Notes: generated from the sequence alone by a model not told the origin. Shown: positions 32,071-41,447, numbered from the stretch's first letter. The stretch: 64,000 bases of DNA from Caldilineaceae bacterium (GCA_041391205.1 JAWKOK010000006.1:50533-114532), one strand, 5' to 3'. Translations and numbers: made by a program.

Positions 32071-34337
32071 GCGGCACCTGCGCTTTTGGCGGCGTCGCCC
32101 GCGGTGTAGTCGGTGAGCGCGCCCTGCGCCTGGATCAACTCGCGGTAGGGGCCGTCGACCTGGATCATCTCCTGGTGGGTGCCCCGCTGCGCCACCTTGC
32201 CGTGCTGCAACACGATGATCTCATCGCAGTCACGGATGGTGCTCAGCCGGTGCGCGACGATCAGACAGGTGCAGCCGCGCCGGCGCAGATTTTGGTCGAT
32301 CTCGGCTTCGGTGGGCGGGTCGAGCGCGCTGGTCGCTTCGTCCAAGATGAGCAGCGTCGGCTCCAGGACCAGGGCGCGGGCAATCTCCAGACGCTGCGCC
32401 TGGCCGCCGCTGAAGTTTGAGCCGCCCTCCTCCACGTGGCTGTGGTAGGCGTTGGGCCGGGCCGCGATGGCATCGTGGATGCAGGCGTCGGTGGCCGCGG
32501 CGATCACTTGGTCCGAGGGAATGGTCGTGTCCCATAGCGTCAAGTTCTGCATGACGGTGCCGTCGAAGAGAAAGATCTCCTGGTCGACTTTGGAGAGGGA
32601 ATTGGTGACCACGCGACGGTCCACGCGCAGGCGCGGCCGGTTGTCAAAGAGGATGTCGCCCGACCACGGTTCGTAGAGACCCACCACCAGGTTGGCGATG
32701 GTCGACTTGCCGCTGCCGGTCGCGCCCACCAGAGCCACGCGGCTCCCCGGACGCAGCGTCAAGTTGAAGTCTTGGATGAGCGGCGGTTCGAGCCGATTGT
32801 AGCCGAAGGTCACGTTGCGCAGCTCCAACATGCCGCTGAGTTGGGGCAGCGTCAACGCGCCGGCGCCGGCCGCGACATCACCCGGACCGGGCAGCCCCGG
32901 ATCGGTGTCGGTGTCCAGCAGATCGTCCAGGCGGAAGAGCGCGCTCTTGGTCTCCTGGTAGGTGTTGCCCAGATCCAGCAGGTCGCCCATGGGGTCCAGG
33001 AAGCTGCTGGACAGTGCCTGGAAGGCGACGAGCATGCCCACGGTCATGCGGCCGTCCATGATGAGCAGGCCGCCGAAGACGAGGATGACGGCCGCGCTCA
33101 GCCCGTTGAGCAGCGTCGGCACCGAGTTGAGGATCTGGGTGGGTGCGCTCAGGGCCTGCTGCGCGTTGTAGACGCGTGCCTGGAGTCCGGACCAGCGGGC
33201 AAAGAAGTCGGCTTCGGTGCCCGTGGCTTTAAGCGTCTCGATCATGGAGATGCCGTTCATGGAGACGCCCAGCAGCTTGCCCCGTTCCTGCAACATGCGC
33301 TTGCTGGAATCGGAGATGAGCCGGGAGATGAGGCGCAGCACCACGATGTTGATGGCGCCGAAGCCCACCGCCACCAGCGTCAACGGAATCGAATAGTAGA
33401 GCATGAGGAGGAGGTAGAAGAGCGCCAGCACCAGGTTAAGCAGCGCCAGCACAAGCTCCTGGGACAGCAGCGCCGCCACCGTGTCGTTCAAGCCGATGCG
33501 CGAGCCGATCTCGCCGCGGTAGCGCTGGGTGAAGAAGTTCATGGGCAGCCGCAGCACGTGCCACAGGAACTCGGCCGACATGGTCACCGCCAGCTTCATG
33601 CGCAGGCGCAGCAGGTAGTGGGCCTGCAACCAGGTCAACGCGGCCAGGAGCACGGCCGTCACGCCCATGCCGATGAGGAGCACCACCAACTGGCTGCGCA
33701 GTTCGTTGCCCAGATAGTTGTCGATGAACAACTGGGTGAAGATCGGCACGAGCAGCCGCGGGAAGATCAGCCCCAAGCTGGCGAGGATGACGAAGAGCAG
33801 GTTGCGAAAATTGCCCTGGAGACGTCCGGCCAGGGCGCGCATGACGCTGGGCGATTGGCCGCCCTTCTTGAAGTCCGGCCCCGGCTTCAGGGTGATGGCC
33901 ACGTCATCCAGCGCGCTCTTGAAGTCGTCATGCGCCATCTTCTTGACGCCGCTGGACGGGTCGTTGACGTACAGCACCTTGTCATCGTAGCCCTCGACGA
34001 CGACGTACTGGCCGCCCTCGAAGAGCGCGATGAGCGGCGTCGGCATGGTCAACACCTTCTTGACGCCGATGTCATCGTGAAGTTCGGCCTCGAGCCCGTA
34101 CTGGCCCGCGGCCTGGACCACATAGTTGGGCGGCGCGCCGTCCCGGGAGATGCCGCAGGCCTTGCGCAACTCCTCGAGTTCAACATAGCGGCCGTAAAAG
34201 CCCAGAATGACGGCCAGCGCCACCGCACCCGACTCCGTCGCCTCCATCTGCACGATGGTGGGCGTGCGCCGGCGTCGCTGCGTCTGCGGCGCAGGATCGG
34301 GCGGGGACTCGGCTGTCTGCTTCGGCTCGGATGACAT
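32067..34337 (-). CDS. PCAT-type ABC transporter (NHLP family peptidase/permease/ATPase architecture) with a catalytically degenerate C39-like domain
   Basis: Intact 756 aa. The N-terminal domain aligns to peptidase C39, but QMEATESGAVALA replaces QMEAVECGAA, and GGQYVVVEG replaces the catalytic-His block. The ABC part has GATGSGKST, FSGGQAQR, LILDEATSALD and VAHRLSTI. Confidence 0.85.
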   Translation of the reverse strand: MSSEPKQTAESPPDPAPQTQRRRRTPTIVQMEATESGAVALAVILGFYGRYVELEELRKACGISRDGAPPNYVVQAAGQYGLEAELHDDIGVKKVLTMPTPLIALFEGGQYVVVEGYDDKVLYVNDPSSGVKKMAHDDFKSALDDVAITLKPGPDFKKGGQSPSVMRALAGRLQGNFRNLLFVILASLGLIFPRLLVPIFTQLFIDNYLGNELRSQLVVLLIGMGVTAVLLAALTWLQAHYLLRLRMKLAVTMSAEFLWHVLRLPMNFFTQRYRGEIGSRIGLNDTVAALLSQELVLALLNLVLALFYLLLMLYYSIPLTLVAVGFGAINIVVLRLISRLISDSSKRMLQERGKLLGVSMNGISMIETLKATGTEADFFARWSGLQARVYNAQQALSAPTQILNSVPTLLNGLSAAVILVFGGLLIMDGRMTVGMLVAFQALSSSFLDPMGDLLDLGNTYQETKSALFRLDDLLDTDTDPGLPGPGDVAAGAGALTLPQLSGMLELRNVTFGYNRLEPPLIQDFNLTLRPGSRVALVGATGSGKSTIANLVVGLYEPWSGDILFDNRPRLRVDRRVVTNSLSKVDQEIFLFDGTVMQNLTLWDTTIPSDQVIAAATDACIHDAIAARPNAYHSHVEEGGSNFSGGQAQRLEIARALVLEPTLLILDEATSALDPPTEAEIDQNLRRRGCTCLIVAHRLSTIRDCDEIIVLQHGKVAQRGTHQEMIQVDGPYRELIQAQGALTDYTAGDAAKSAGAA

Positions 34338-34407
34338 AGACTCGTTGGTCCCGATGGGAAGATCTCAGACTGGACGGATGACCGGAGTGCGCTTGGCGCG
34401 CGTCGAT

Positions 34408-35241
34408 TCAGCGCCCGAGAATCAGGTCGATGGGCCGCTGCTCTTCGGTGATGACCTGCGCCTTGACGGGGGTGCCGGATTTCAACTGGAACGGAGGCCC
34501 GCTGGAGGATGACCACTGGTAGCCGGACTCATTGGCGGCATCCTCCTTGAGGGTCACAATGATCTGAATCACCGGCCCGTGGACGAGAAAGTCTTCAGCC
34601 AGTGTGTCCGTGCCGAAGAGGCCGGCAATGTCGACCGACGTGACCGGGAAGTCGGAGACCGACGTCACCGTCCCCAGCAGATAGCCGTAGGATTCCACGT
34701 CGGCCGTGCCGGGCGTGATCTGGGCGACCATGCCCGGATCGATGACCTTGCCGGAGGTGAGCGGCAGATAGGCCACCACGCTGAGCGGCTGGTTGAGCTG
34801 CTCGACGCTAGCCAAGGTCGCGCCCTGGCGCGTCTGCAAACCCTGGGCCACGTTGACGCCCGTCACCGTGCCCGAGATCACCGTCGTGACCGGGGTCTGG
34901 GTGCCGTCCGCCTGGGTGACCTCGGCGATTTCGTCGCCGTCGGCCACGGTGTCGCCATCGGTCACGCGCACCGCCGTCACCAGCCCGTCCACCGGAGAAA
35001 CGACGGCGCCGCCGTTGGGGCGCAAGAGCAGGCCGCTTCCCGTCACAGCCCGGGGCAGCGAGCCCAGAAAGCTCCAGACGATGATGGCGGCCACCGCGAT
35101 CAACAGGCCGCTCAGCGCCAGCCAGTTGCGCGGATTGGTGACCTGCATGAGTTCGTCCAGACCCAGAGCGGAAGTGACGCGCTTGCGCGCGCTTTGCGCC
35201 GCCCCGGCGGCGTCTTTTTGCGACGGTTTGTCGTTGCTCAT
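34408..35241 (-). CDS. Short HlyD-family periplasmic adaptor / secretion protein
   Basis: Intact 277 aa with one N-terminal TM helix. Barrel-sandwich hybrid segments (VVSPVDGLVTAVRV..GD.V..GD.IA) are present, but no long coiled-coil insert. It lies immediately upstream of the two ABC genes. Confidence 0.7.
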   Translation of the reverse strand: MSNDKPSQKDAAGAAQSARKRVTSALGLDELMQVTNPRNWLALSGLLIAVAAIIVWSFLGSLPRAVTGSGLLLRPNGGAVVSPVDGLVTAVRVTDGDTVADGDEIAEVTQADGTQTPVTTVISGTVTGVNVAQGLQTRQGATLASVEQLNQPLSVVAYLPLTSGKVIDPGMVAQITPGTADVESYGYLLGTVTSVSDFPVTSVDIAGLFGTDTLAEDFLVHGPVIQIIVTLKEDAANESGYQWSSSSGPPFQLKSGTPVKAQVITEEQRPIDLILGR

Positions 35242-35258
35242 CGTTGTCTATCTCATTG

Positions 35259-35331
35259 CGGCGTAAGTACCACGGTGGAAATTCGGCACGTATACCACGG
35301 GGAGAAACCGTGCGTCCATTTCCGCCGGGAT
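35259..35331 (+). repeat. Second copy of the 72-73-nt element found at the IS remnant (6219-6290)
   Basis: Shared blocks are CGGCGTAAGT(A/G)CCAC, AAATTCGGCA and CATTTCCGC(C/T)GGGAT, at the same spacing in both copies. The element fills most of the TauD-HlyD intergenic gap. Confidence 0.55.
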
Positions 35332-35368
35332 TTACGATCCGTTCAATCCGGGGGAACCGACAGGGACG

Positions 35369-36327
35369 TCAAAATGTGGCCGCCGCGGCCATGCGCACGT
35401 AGACTTCGCGCTTGCCCGGAGGCGAGCCCCGCCGGCCATGCATCACGCGCCAGTTGTCGACCATGACGATGTCGCCCGCCTGCCAGGCGACGGGCGTGGT
35501 GCACTGTTCGCAGACCGTGGCGAATTCCTTGAGCAACTCGGGCGCGAAGGGGCTGCCGTCATCCCAGCGCACCACCAGCGGCATGCTCACGGCGTCGCCG
35601 GCGGCGTTGGTGACCCCGCTGCCCAGGGCGCGCTCGGCCATGACCACGGTCAGGATGTTGTTGATGAACCGGAGCCTGCCCGCGTCGTCCGTCACCAGCG
35701 CAGAGCAGGTGAACGAGGTGCGCAGCGTGCCGGTGGCGGCGTCGAACTCCATGGACGTGTCGTTGGCGGCGCAGACGTCACGCACGACGTCGATGTCATC
35801 GGTCTGGAAGGTGGTCTGCCAGTCGCCGTCGGCCAGGGTGCGGTCGTAGCGAATGGGGGCGTGCGCAGAAGTTCCTGGGTGGCAGGCGAGAGCGCGGCGA
35901 AGATCTCGGCGCCGTCGCCCAGGGTCGTCTCGCCGTCGCGCTCGGGCGGAATTTCGCAGCGGAACCAGAGGATGCGCGGCCGGATCTTGAGATAGAACAT
36001 CTCGCCGTGGAGCGGCATGGGGAAGCCCTGGGAGCCGCCGGTCACGGACAGGATCGTGGACTCATCGTTGATGGCGCGCCGGTCAAAGCTACGGAAGCGG
36101 AAGCCGCCGCCCTGGTAGGTGAGGAAATCGCTGCCGTAGCAATCGGTGAAGGTGCGAAACTCGTCCAGGGTGGAATTGAAGCCGCGCAGGACCAGCGCAC
36201 CGCTGCGGGAGAACAGATCGACAATCTGACGCTCGTCCAGATCCAGGACCGACTCACCGTTGTCGTTGCTGATCACGGTACCGTAGGTCGCAGTCAAGGG
36301 GCTGACGAGCAGCGTTCCTGTTGCCAT
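35369..36327 (-). CDS. TauD/TfdA-family Fe(II)/2-oxoglutarate dioxygenase (one frame switch near 35790-35860)
   Basis: The C-terminal WQAGDIVMVDNWRVMHGRR is the classic TauD motif. The N-terminal part LVLRGF...MPLHGEM contains the H-x-D/E-type iron-ligand region. Confidence 0.65.
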
Positions 36328-36505
36328 GATGTTTCCTTCATCGAGTTCAGTGATTTGGACCAAGGACAATCGGCACAACCATCCCGGCAATAGTCAGGCG
36401 CGTCATCCAACGGTTTGAAGACGCGCCCTCCTGCCAGCATATGATATGAAGATTCGCTGCGCCGGCGCGCGCGACGTCGCCGCAGCGCGGCACTACGACC
36501 GGCCG

Positions 36506-36796
36506 TCAACTGCGATGGCTGATGTAGCCGTCCAAGAGGTCGTGCAGGTCGGTGATCGGCGTCACTTCCACGTCGTGGACGTAGATGAACTTGTAGCGTC
36601 GCAGCCATGTGGCCAGCGATTCGTTGGAGTCGACGTTGACAACCCAGACGCTGCCGCCGCTGACAAGACCATAGGCAGCTTCGATGATGCCCTTGTCCAT
36701 CCCCTGCTGAATCATGTCCTTGCCTTGCTGAATGGCCTCAGGGCTGGCGTTCTGCAAAATGCTTCCGCGTGGTTTGCTGACAATCAAGAATTTCAT
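36506..36796 (-). CDS. 96-aa muconolactone-isomerase-like (ferredoxin-fold, MIase/DUF3303-type) protein
   Basis: A strong RBS, GAGGAGGG, lies 7 nt before the ATG. The size and pattern (MKFLIV...G.I...Y....G.....V.DV.S.E.L...L......V.V.P) match MIase-family small proteins. Local GC content is reduced. Confidence 0.45.
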   Translation of the reverse strand: MKFLIVSKPRGSILQNASPEAIQQGKDMIQQGMDKGIIEAAYGLVSGGSVWVVNVDSNESLATWLRRYKFIYVHDVEVTPITDLHDLLDGYISHRS

Positions 36797-36913
36797 GCGT
36801 TGATCCCTCCTCGTGATCCGGCTTTCACATTACCAACAAAAAACATGAAGATTTCAGTCACGCAATTTCTTCACATTTCGAGTGGCAGCAACACCATTGG
36901 CGCAACCTCACGT

Positions 36914-36942
36914 ATCATAGGGTAGCGAATTGGTGCTGTCAA
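36914..36942 (-). promoter_or_regulatory. Near-consensus sigma70-type promoter for the MIase-TauD-HlyD-ABC-ABC operon
   Basis: On the minus strand: TTGACA, 17 bp, TATGAT (plus-strand coordinates 36937-36942 and 36914-36919). It lies about 115 nt upstream of the 96-aa ORF. Confidence 0.45.
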
Positions 36943-37431
36943 CAGCCATGGCGCCCTCAGGCCGTCCCAAGTTTTTGGGCCGTCACAGGCCGGCGATGGA
37001 CCCTCGCACCCGCGCGCCACGCACCCGCTCACACCCGTCAATGGGTCGATATGCCTGCCCCAACATTCTGGGACGAGCCACGCGCATCCACGCGTCGCCC
37101 CATGCGTCTCAACACCCGGAGACAGTGCCGGACGACACACCAAATCCTGCACGCGCGCGTGGTTCCCCTCTGGCGTGCCGGACCGTCGCGTCGCAGCGCT
37201 GCCGGACAGGGCCGTGCGGGCGGAGCTGCGCCGGGACCATGCCTTTCGCCAAGAAACCGGGACGTCGGACGCCGTTGCACACCGAAATTGGGCAAATTCG
37301 GGCCGTTTGGCCGGGGGTGACGGCCGCGCGTAGCGTGCAGCAGCGGAATCGTGCACAATACGCCCGTTTCCGCCGACTCGTCCCCGCCTGCAGTCCGACC
37401 CTTACGCTAGAATGGCAAGAAAGGTGGAGGT

Positions 37432-38404
37432 ATGGCCCGTTATCTTGTGACCGGCGGCGCCGGCTTCATCGGCTCCAATCTCGTCCATGCGCTGCTGGCA
37501 CAGGGCCGGCACGTGCGCGTGCTGGATGACTTCAGCACCGGCCGCCGCGCCAACCTGGACGAGATCGCCGGCGAGATCGAACTGCTCCAAGGCGATCTGC
37601 GCGATCCGGCCACGTGCGCTCGGGCGGTCGCCGGCGTCGACTTTGTCCTGCATCAGGGGGCCGTACCATCCGTTTCGCGCAGCGTGCGCGATCCGCGCCT
37701 CAGCCACGACGCCAACGCCACGGCAACGCTGAACATGCTCATCGCCGCGCGCATGCCGGCGTCAAGCGTTTCGTGCATGCCTCCTCCTCGTCCATCTACG
37801 GCGATGCGCCGACGTTGCCCAAGCAGGAAGAGATGGCCCCGCGCCCCAAGTCACCCTACGCGGTGGCCAAGCTGGCGGCGGAGAGCTACTGTCGCGTCTT
37901 CAACGAGCTGTACGGGCTGGAGACCGTCTGCCTGCGCTACTTCAATGTGTTCGGGCCGCGCCAAGACCCACAGTCACCCTACTCGGCGGTGATTCCGCTC
38001 TTCGCCACGGCCATGCTCAGGGGGAACGGCCGGTGATCTACGGCGACGGTCTCCAGTCGCGCGATTTCACCTTTGTCGCCAACAACATCGCGGCCAATCT
38101 GCTGGCCACCACCGTGCCCGGCGTGGGCGGCCAGGTCTTCAACATTGCGTGCGGCCGGCGCTACACGCTGCTCGATCTGGTGGAGCGCTCAACCGCATCC
38201 TGCACACGCATCGAGCCGGAGTTTCGCCCCGCGTCCGGCGACGTCAAGCACTCGCTGGCGGACATCACTCAGGCCGAAACGGGATTGGGCTACCGTGTGC
38301 AGGTCGATTTTGAGGCAGGGCTGGCCCAGACGGTGGCGTGGTATCTCCAGGGAGGCAGCGGGCTGCAACAGATGGAACGAGTCGCGGCGTCAAACGGCCG
38401 GTAG
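37432..38404 (+). CDS. NAD-dependent nucleotide-sugar epimerase/dehydratase (SDR, UDP-hexose 4-epimerase-like), frame-disrupted
   Basis: TAGAAT and AAGGTGGAGG lie upstream. [12 protein letters not shown] (Rossmann), SSSSIYG, and [10 protein letters not shown] (YxxxK) are present. Frame switches occur near 37755, 38030 and about 38200. Confidence 0.8.
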
Positions 38405-38439
38405 CAGGGCGCGGATGCGGACATCACGGCGCGTGTCCG

Positions 38440-39823
38440 TCACGCCGTCGGTGGTATATTCTGATTGCGCCGGAAGAGATTCGTGGGGTCGTACTTGTTC
38501 TTCAGTTCCACAAGACGGTCGAAGTTCTGGCCGTAGGCCGCGCGCACGGGATCCTCACCTTCGTCCATGAGAAAGTTGACGTAGGCGCCGCCGCTGGAGT
38601 GAGGATGGAGCGCCTGCCAATCACGCGTCCCGCGGTGCCGCCGGGCATGTCGGCCGGGTCGGGTGACGTGGCGGCGATGATGTGGACGAACTTGGCGTCC
38701 CGGTGACTGTAGGCGGTATCCCGTGGAACGACGATGCACCGCGCCGTCGGTCGGGTAGATGTGGAGCACCGATTGCACCGTGGGAATCTGCGGGCCGAAC
38801 TCCGCGTGGGCGGCGATGGCGTCATCGTTGAGCTCTTGCATGAAGTCGGCCTTCCAGTAGTGGTGCAACCCCGGCGGGACCACCGGGTCAAATGCGCCCT
38901 GGAGGAAGGGATACGGCATGCGGCCCACGTGCTCAAAGAGCGGCGGCCCAAACTCCAACAGCGGCCTGACCGCGTCTTCGCCCTCTTCCAGTGAGCCGGC
39001 GTAGCAGCAGACAACGCCGCAGACCGTCCGGTTGTGGAGATGTTCGGGGAACGGCGGGCCGGGCGGCACCTTGAGGAAGGTGAAGAATGCGCCCAGTTCC
39101 TCGGGCGCAGTGGCCATGAAGTCCCGGTAGAACCGGAGCGCGTCGACACGCTGTTCCAGGGGATAGAAGATGGGACCGCCCAGCACCGTGCTCACCGGGT
39201 GCAACTGGAACTCGAACGACGTGACCACGCCGAAGTTGCCGCCGCCCCCGCGCAGGCCCCAGAACAGATCGGCGTTTTCATCCGGGCCGGCCGTGAGGAT
39301 GCGACCGTCGGCGGTCACAACCTGCGCCGACAGCAGATTGTCGCAGGCGAGCCCGTACTTGCGGCTCAGGTGACCGATGCCGCCGCCCAGCGTCAAGCCG
39401 GCCACGCCCGTTGTCGAGATGAGGCCGCCCGGTGTCGCCAGCCCAAAGACGTGGGTGGCATGATCAACGTCACCCCAGGTACAGCCGCCTTGGACGCGCG
39501 CCCGCCGCGCCGCATCCACCCAAGTCCCCTTCATGGGACCGAGATCGATGACGAGTCCGTCGTCACAGGTGGCGAATCCCGCCACGTTGTGGCCGCCGCC
39601 ACGCACGGCCAGCGGCAGCTCATGATCGCGCGCAAAGTTCACCGCGGCGACGACGTCCGCGGTGTCTTGGCAGCGCACGATGAGCTGCGGTCGCCGGTCG
39701 ATCATGCCGTTGTAGACCTTGCGCGCGGCGTCGTACTCCGCGTCGTGGGGCGAATGACCCGGCCGCGCACCCGTGCTTCCAGTTCAGACACCTGCGCTTG
39801 CACACGCTCGTTGTTGTCAGTCA
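38440..39823 (-). CDS. FAD-linked oxidase (PCMH / berberine-bridge-enzyme-like), frame-disrupted near 39715 and about 38700
   Basis: LAVRGGGHNVAGF, GGGIGHLSRKYGL, FWGLRGGGGNFGVVTSFEF, and the C-terminal BBE-like YVNF...YDPTNLFRRNQNI. Confidence 0.8.
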
Positions 39824-39905
39824 TGCGCGCCGGCTGTACGGTCATCATTCCACCTCCGTATTTTCATCAGTGTTGACTTCGAGTTGTCTATGCTTGTCTG
39901 TGGGC

Positions 39906-39944
39906 GGAACAAACCAGGTTTCTTGAAGAAACCTGGTTTGTTCC
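39906..39944. terminator. Perfect 17-bp hairpin downstream of the duplicated lipoprotein gene
   Basis: GGAACAAACCAGGTTTC-TTGAA-GAAACCTGGTTTGTTCC, in an AT-richer gap between two minus-strand genes. Confidence 0.5.
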
Positions 39945-40036
39945 AGGCGCTACCGGCAAGCTCACCCACGCGACGCCGTGAGAGAACCCGTTGCGATCCA
40001 GCATACAACAGCGCCGCAACCGTCAAATGTCCTGCT

Positions 40037-41098
40037 TCACGCCGGACATGACGCCGTTAACGTGGTCACCATCAGGTGCTGATAGGTGGTTTCGGGGAAC
40101 ATGACCCACGGCTGCGGACCCGGCTCGGTGGTGAAGTTGGGAAGATTTCCGTTGCTCTCGGGCACGAAGACCATCATGTGCGGCGGGCTGCCGACAGGGC
40201 CGCCGCCCTGGAGCATGTAGCCGAAGCCGATGCCGGTGGCCGGCGCGTCGGTCAAGTTGCGCTGGGCCATGAGCACCTCGAAGTACGTGTCATTCAGGCA
40301 CATGGGATCGTTGCCCGGTGTGTCGGGAATGTCTGCGATGCAGGTCCAGCCGTTGTCGCCGGGCAGCAGCTCGATCAACGCCGGCGCAGCCTCATCCGGC
40401 CAGTTCCCCGGCCATTCCTCCGGGTAGCCCATGATCCGCGCGCCCTCGGCGATGGCCGCCGGACCCGCACTCCGGGCATTGGCAACTTCGTCCTCTGCCG
40501 CGGGGATCGCATCCACGGGAGGCGGCGCGAGAACCATCAGGTGCTGATAGGTGGTTTCGGGGAACATGACCCACGGCTGCGGACCCGGCTCGGTGGTGAA
40601 GTTGGGGAGATTCCCGTTGCTCTCGGGCACGAAGACCATCATGTGCGGCGGGCTGCCGACAGGGCCGCCGCCCTGGAGCATGTAGCCGAAGCCGATGCCG
40701 GTGGCCGGCGCGTCGGTCAAGTTGCGCTGGGCCATGAGCACTTCGAAGTACGTGTCATTCAGGCACATGGGATCGTTGCCCGGTGTGTCGGGAATGTCCG
40801 CGATGCAGGTCCAGCCGTTGTCGCCGGGCAGCAGCTCGATCAGTTCCGGCGCCGCCTCATCCGGCCAGTTCCCCGGCCATTCCTCCGGGTAGCCCATGAT
40901 CCGCGCACCCTCGGCGATGGCCGCCGGCCCTGCACTCCGGGCATTGGCAACTTGCTCGTCGGTGGACATAGGCGCCGCGGCTGTGTCCGTTGCGGCGCCA
41001 TCAGTCTCGACGGGTAGATCGAGGGGTTGGCATGCACTCAGCAGCAGCCCGATGGACAACAAGAGCAGAAGACCCAACAGCGTATTGACGTTCTTCAC
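40037..41098 (-). CDS. Secreted lipoprotein built from two near-identical 155-aa repeats, function unknown
   Basis: GTG 41098 lies 5 nt after GAGGAGG. The signal peptide has lipobox LLSAC. The segment ANARSAGPAAIAEGARIMGYPEEW...PETTYQHLMV occurs twice. Confidence 0.7.
   Translation of the reverse strand: MKNVNTLLGLLLLLSIGLLLSACQPLDLPVETDGAATDTAAAPMSTDEQVANARSAGPAAIAEGARIMGYPEEWPGNWPDEAAPELIELLPGDNGWTCIADIPDTPGNDPMCLNDTYFEVLMAQRNLTDAPATGIGFGYMLQGGGPVGSPPHMMVFVPESNGNLPNFTTEPGPQPWVMFPETTYQHLMVLAPPPVDAIPAAEDEVANARSAGPAAIAEGARIMGYPEEWPGNWPDEAAPALIELLPGDNGWTCIADIPDTPGNDPMCLNDTYFEVLMAQRNLTDAPATGIGFGYMLQGGGPVGSPPHMMVFVPESNGNLPNFTTEPGPQPWVMFPETTYQHLMVTTLTASCPA
40068..40951. repeat. Tandem direct duplication, period 465 bp, about 97 % identity over about 420 bp per unit
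   Basis: 40068-40486 versus 40533-40951 differ by only about 12 substitutions. The duplication is in-frame (155 codons). Confidence 0.85.
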
Positions 41099-41447
41099 AG
41101 CGACCTCCTCATTTGGTTGAAGAACAGACCCGAGGAAACGGCGGATCGTGCGTGTCGCGGACGGTGCGTGATGCGCAAGATCACATCCCAACTCGTGCTG
41201 AAACCGCCATCGCCCACAGTTGCCGGGTTGGTGATGCTTGCGTTTGGGCGAATCCGTAGACACGCACCCGCCGGCAGCCTTCGGGGCGGGGAGAAAATGG
41301 ACGGCGATGGCTCCACCCCATGAAAACACACGACGATTGCGGGCGGGTATCCCTGTGTGATACCATTTGGGATACTGCCGACCGGACAACCGAACCACCA
41401 TGGCGCCCACGGGTACAGGAGAGGATACAGCGCGTAAGCGCCCGAAA

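Noticed and set aside
36506-36796. The 96-aa first gene of the exporter operon as the secreted GG-leader precursor (it contains ...LVSGG|SVW...).
   Set aside because: It has no resemblance to NHLP or Nif11 leaders. Its length and alternating pattern fit a folded muconolactone-isomerase-like ferredoxin fold. The transporter's C39 domain also lacks the catalytic dyad needed to cleave a GG site.
36871-37356. 161-aa minus-strand ORF, and overlapping plus-strand ORFs, in the 490-bp gap.
   Set aside because: Their composition is Arg/Ala/Pro-biased. No Shine-Dalgarno sequence is present, and no motif was recognised. The minus-strand ORF would also start upstream of, and run through, the predicted promoter.
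40068-40951. Large direct repeat considered as a CRISPR-like or IS-derived array.
   Set aside because: There are only two units, 465 bp each, with no spacers. They are fully in frame within a lipoprotein gene, so this is a coding tandem duplication.
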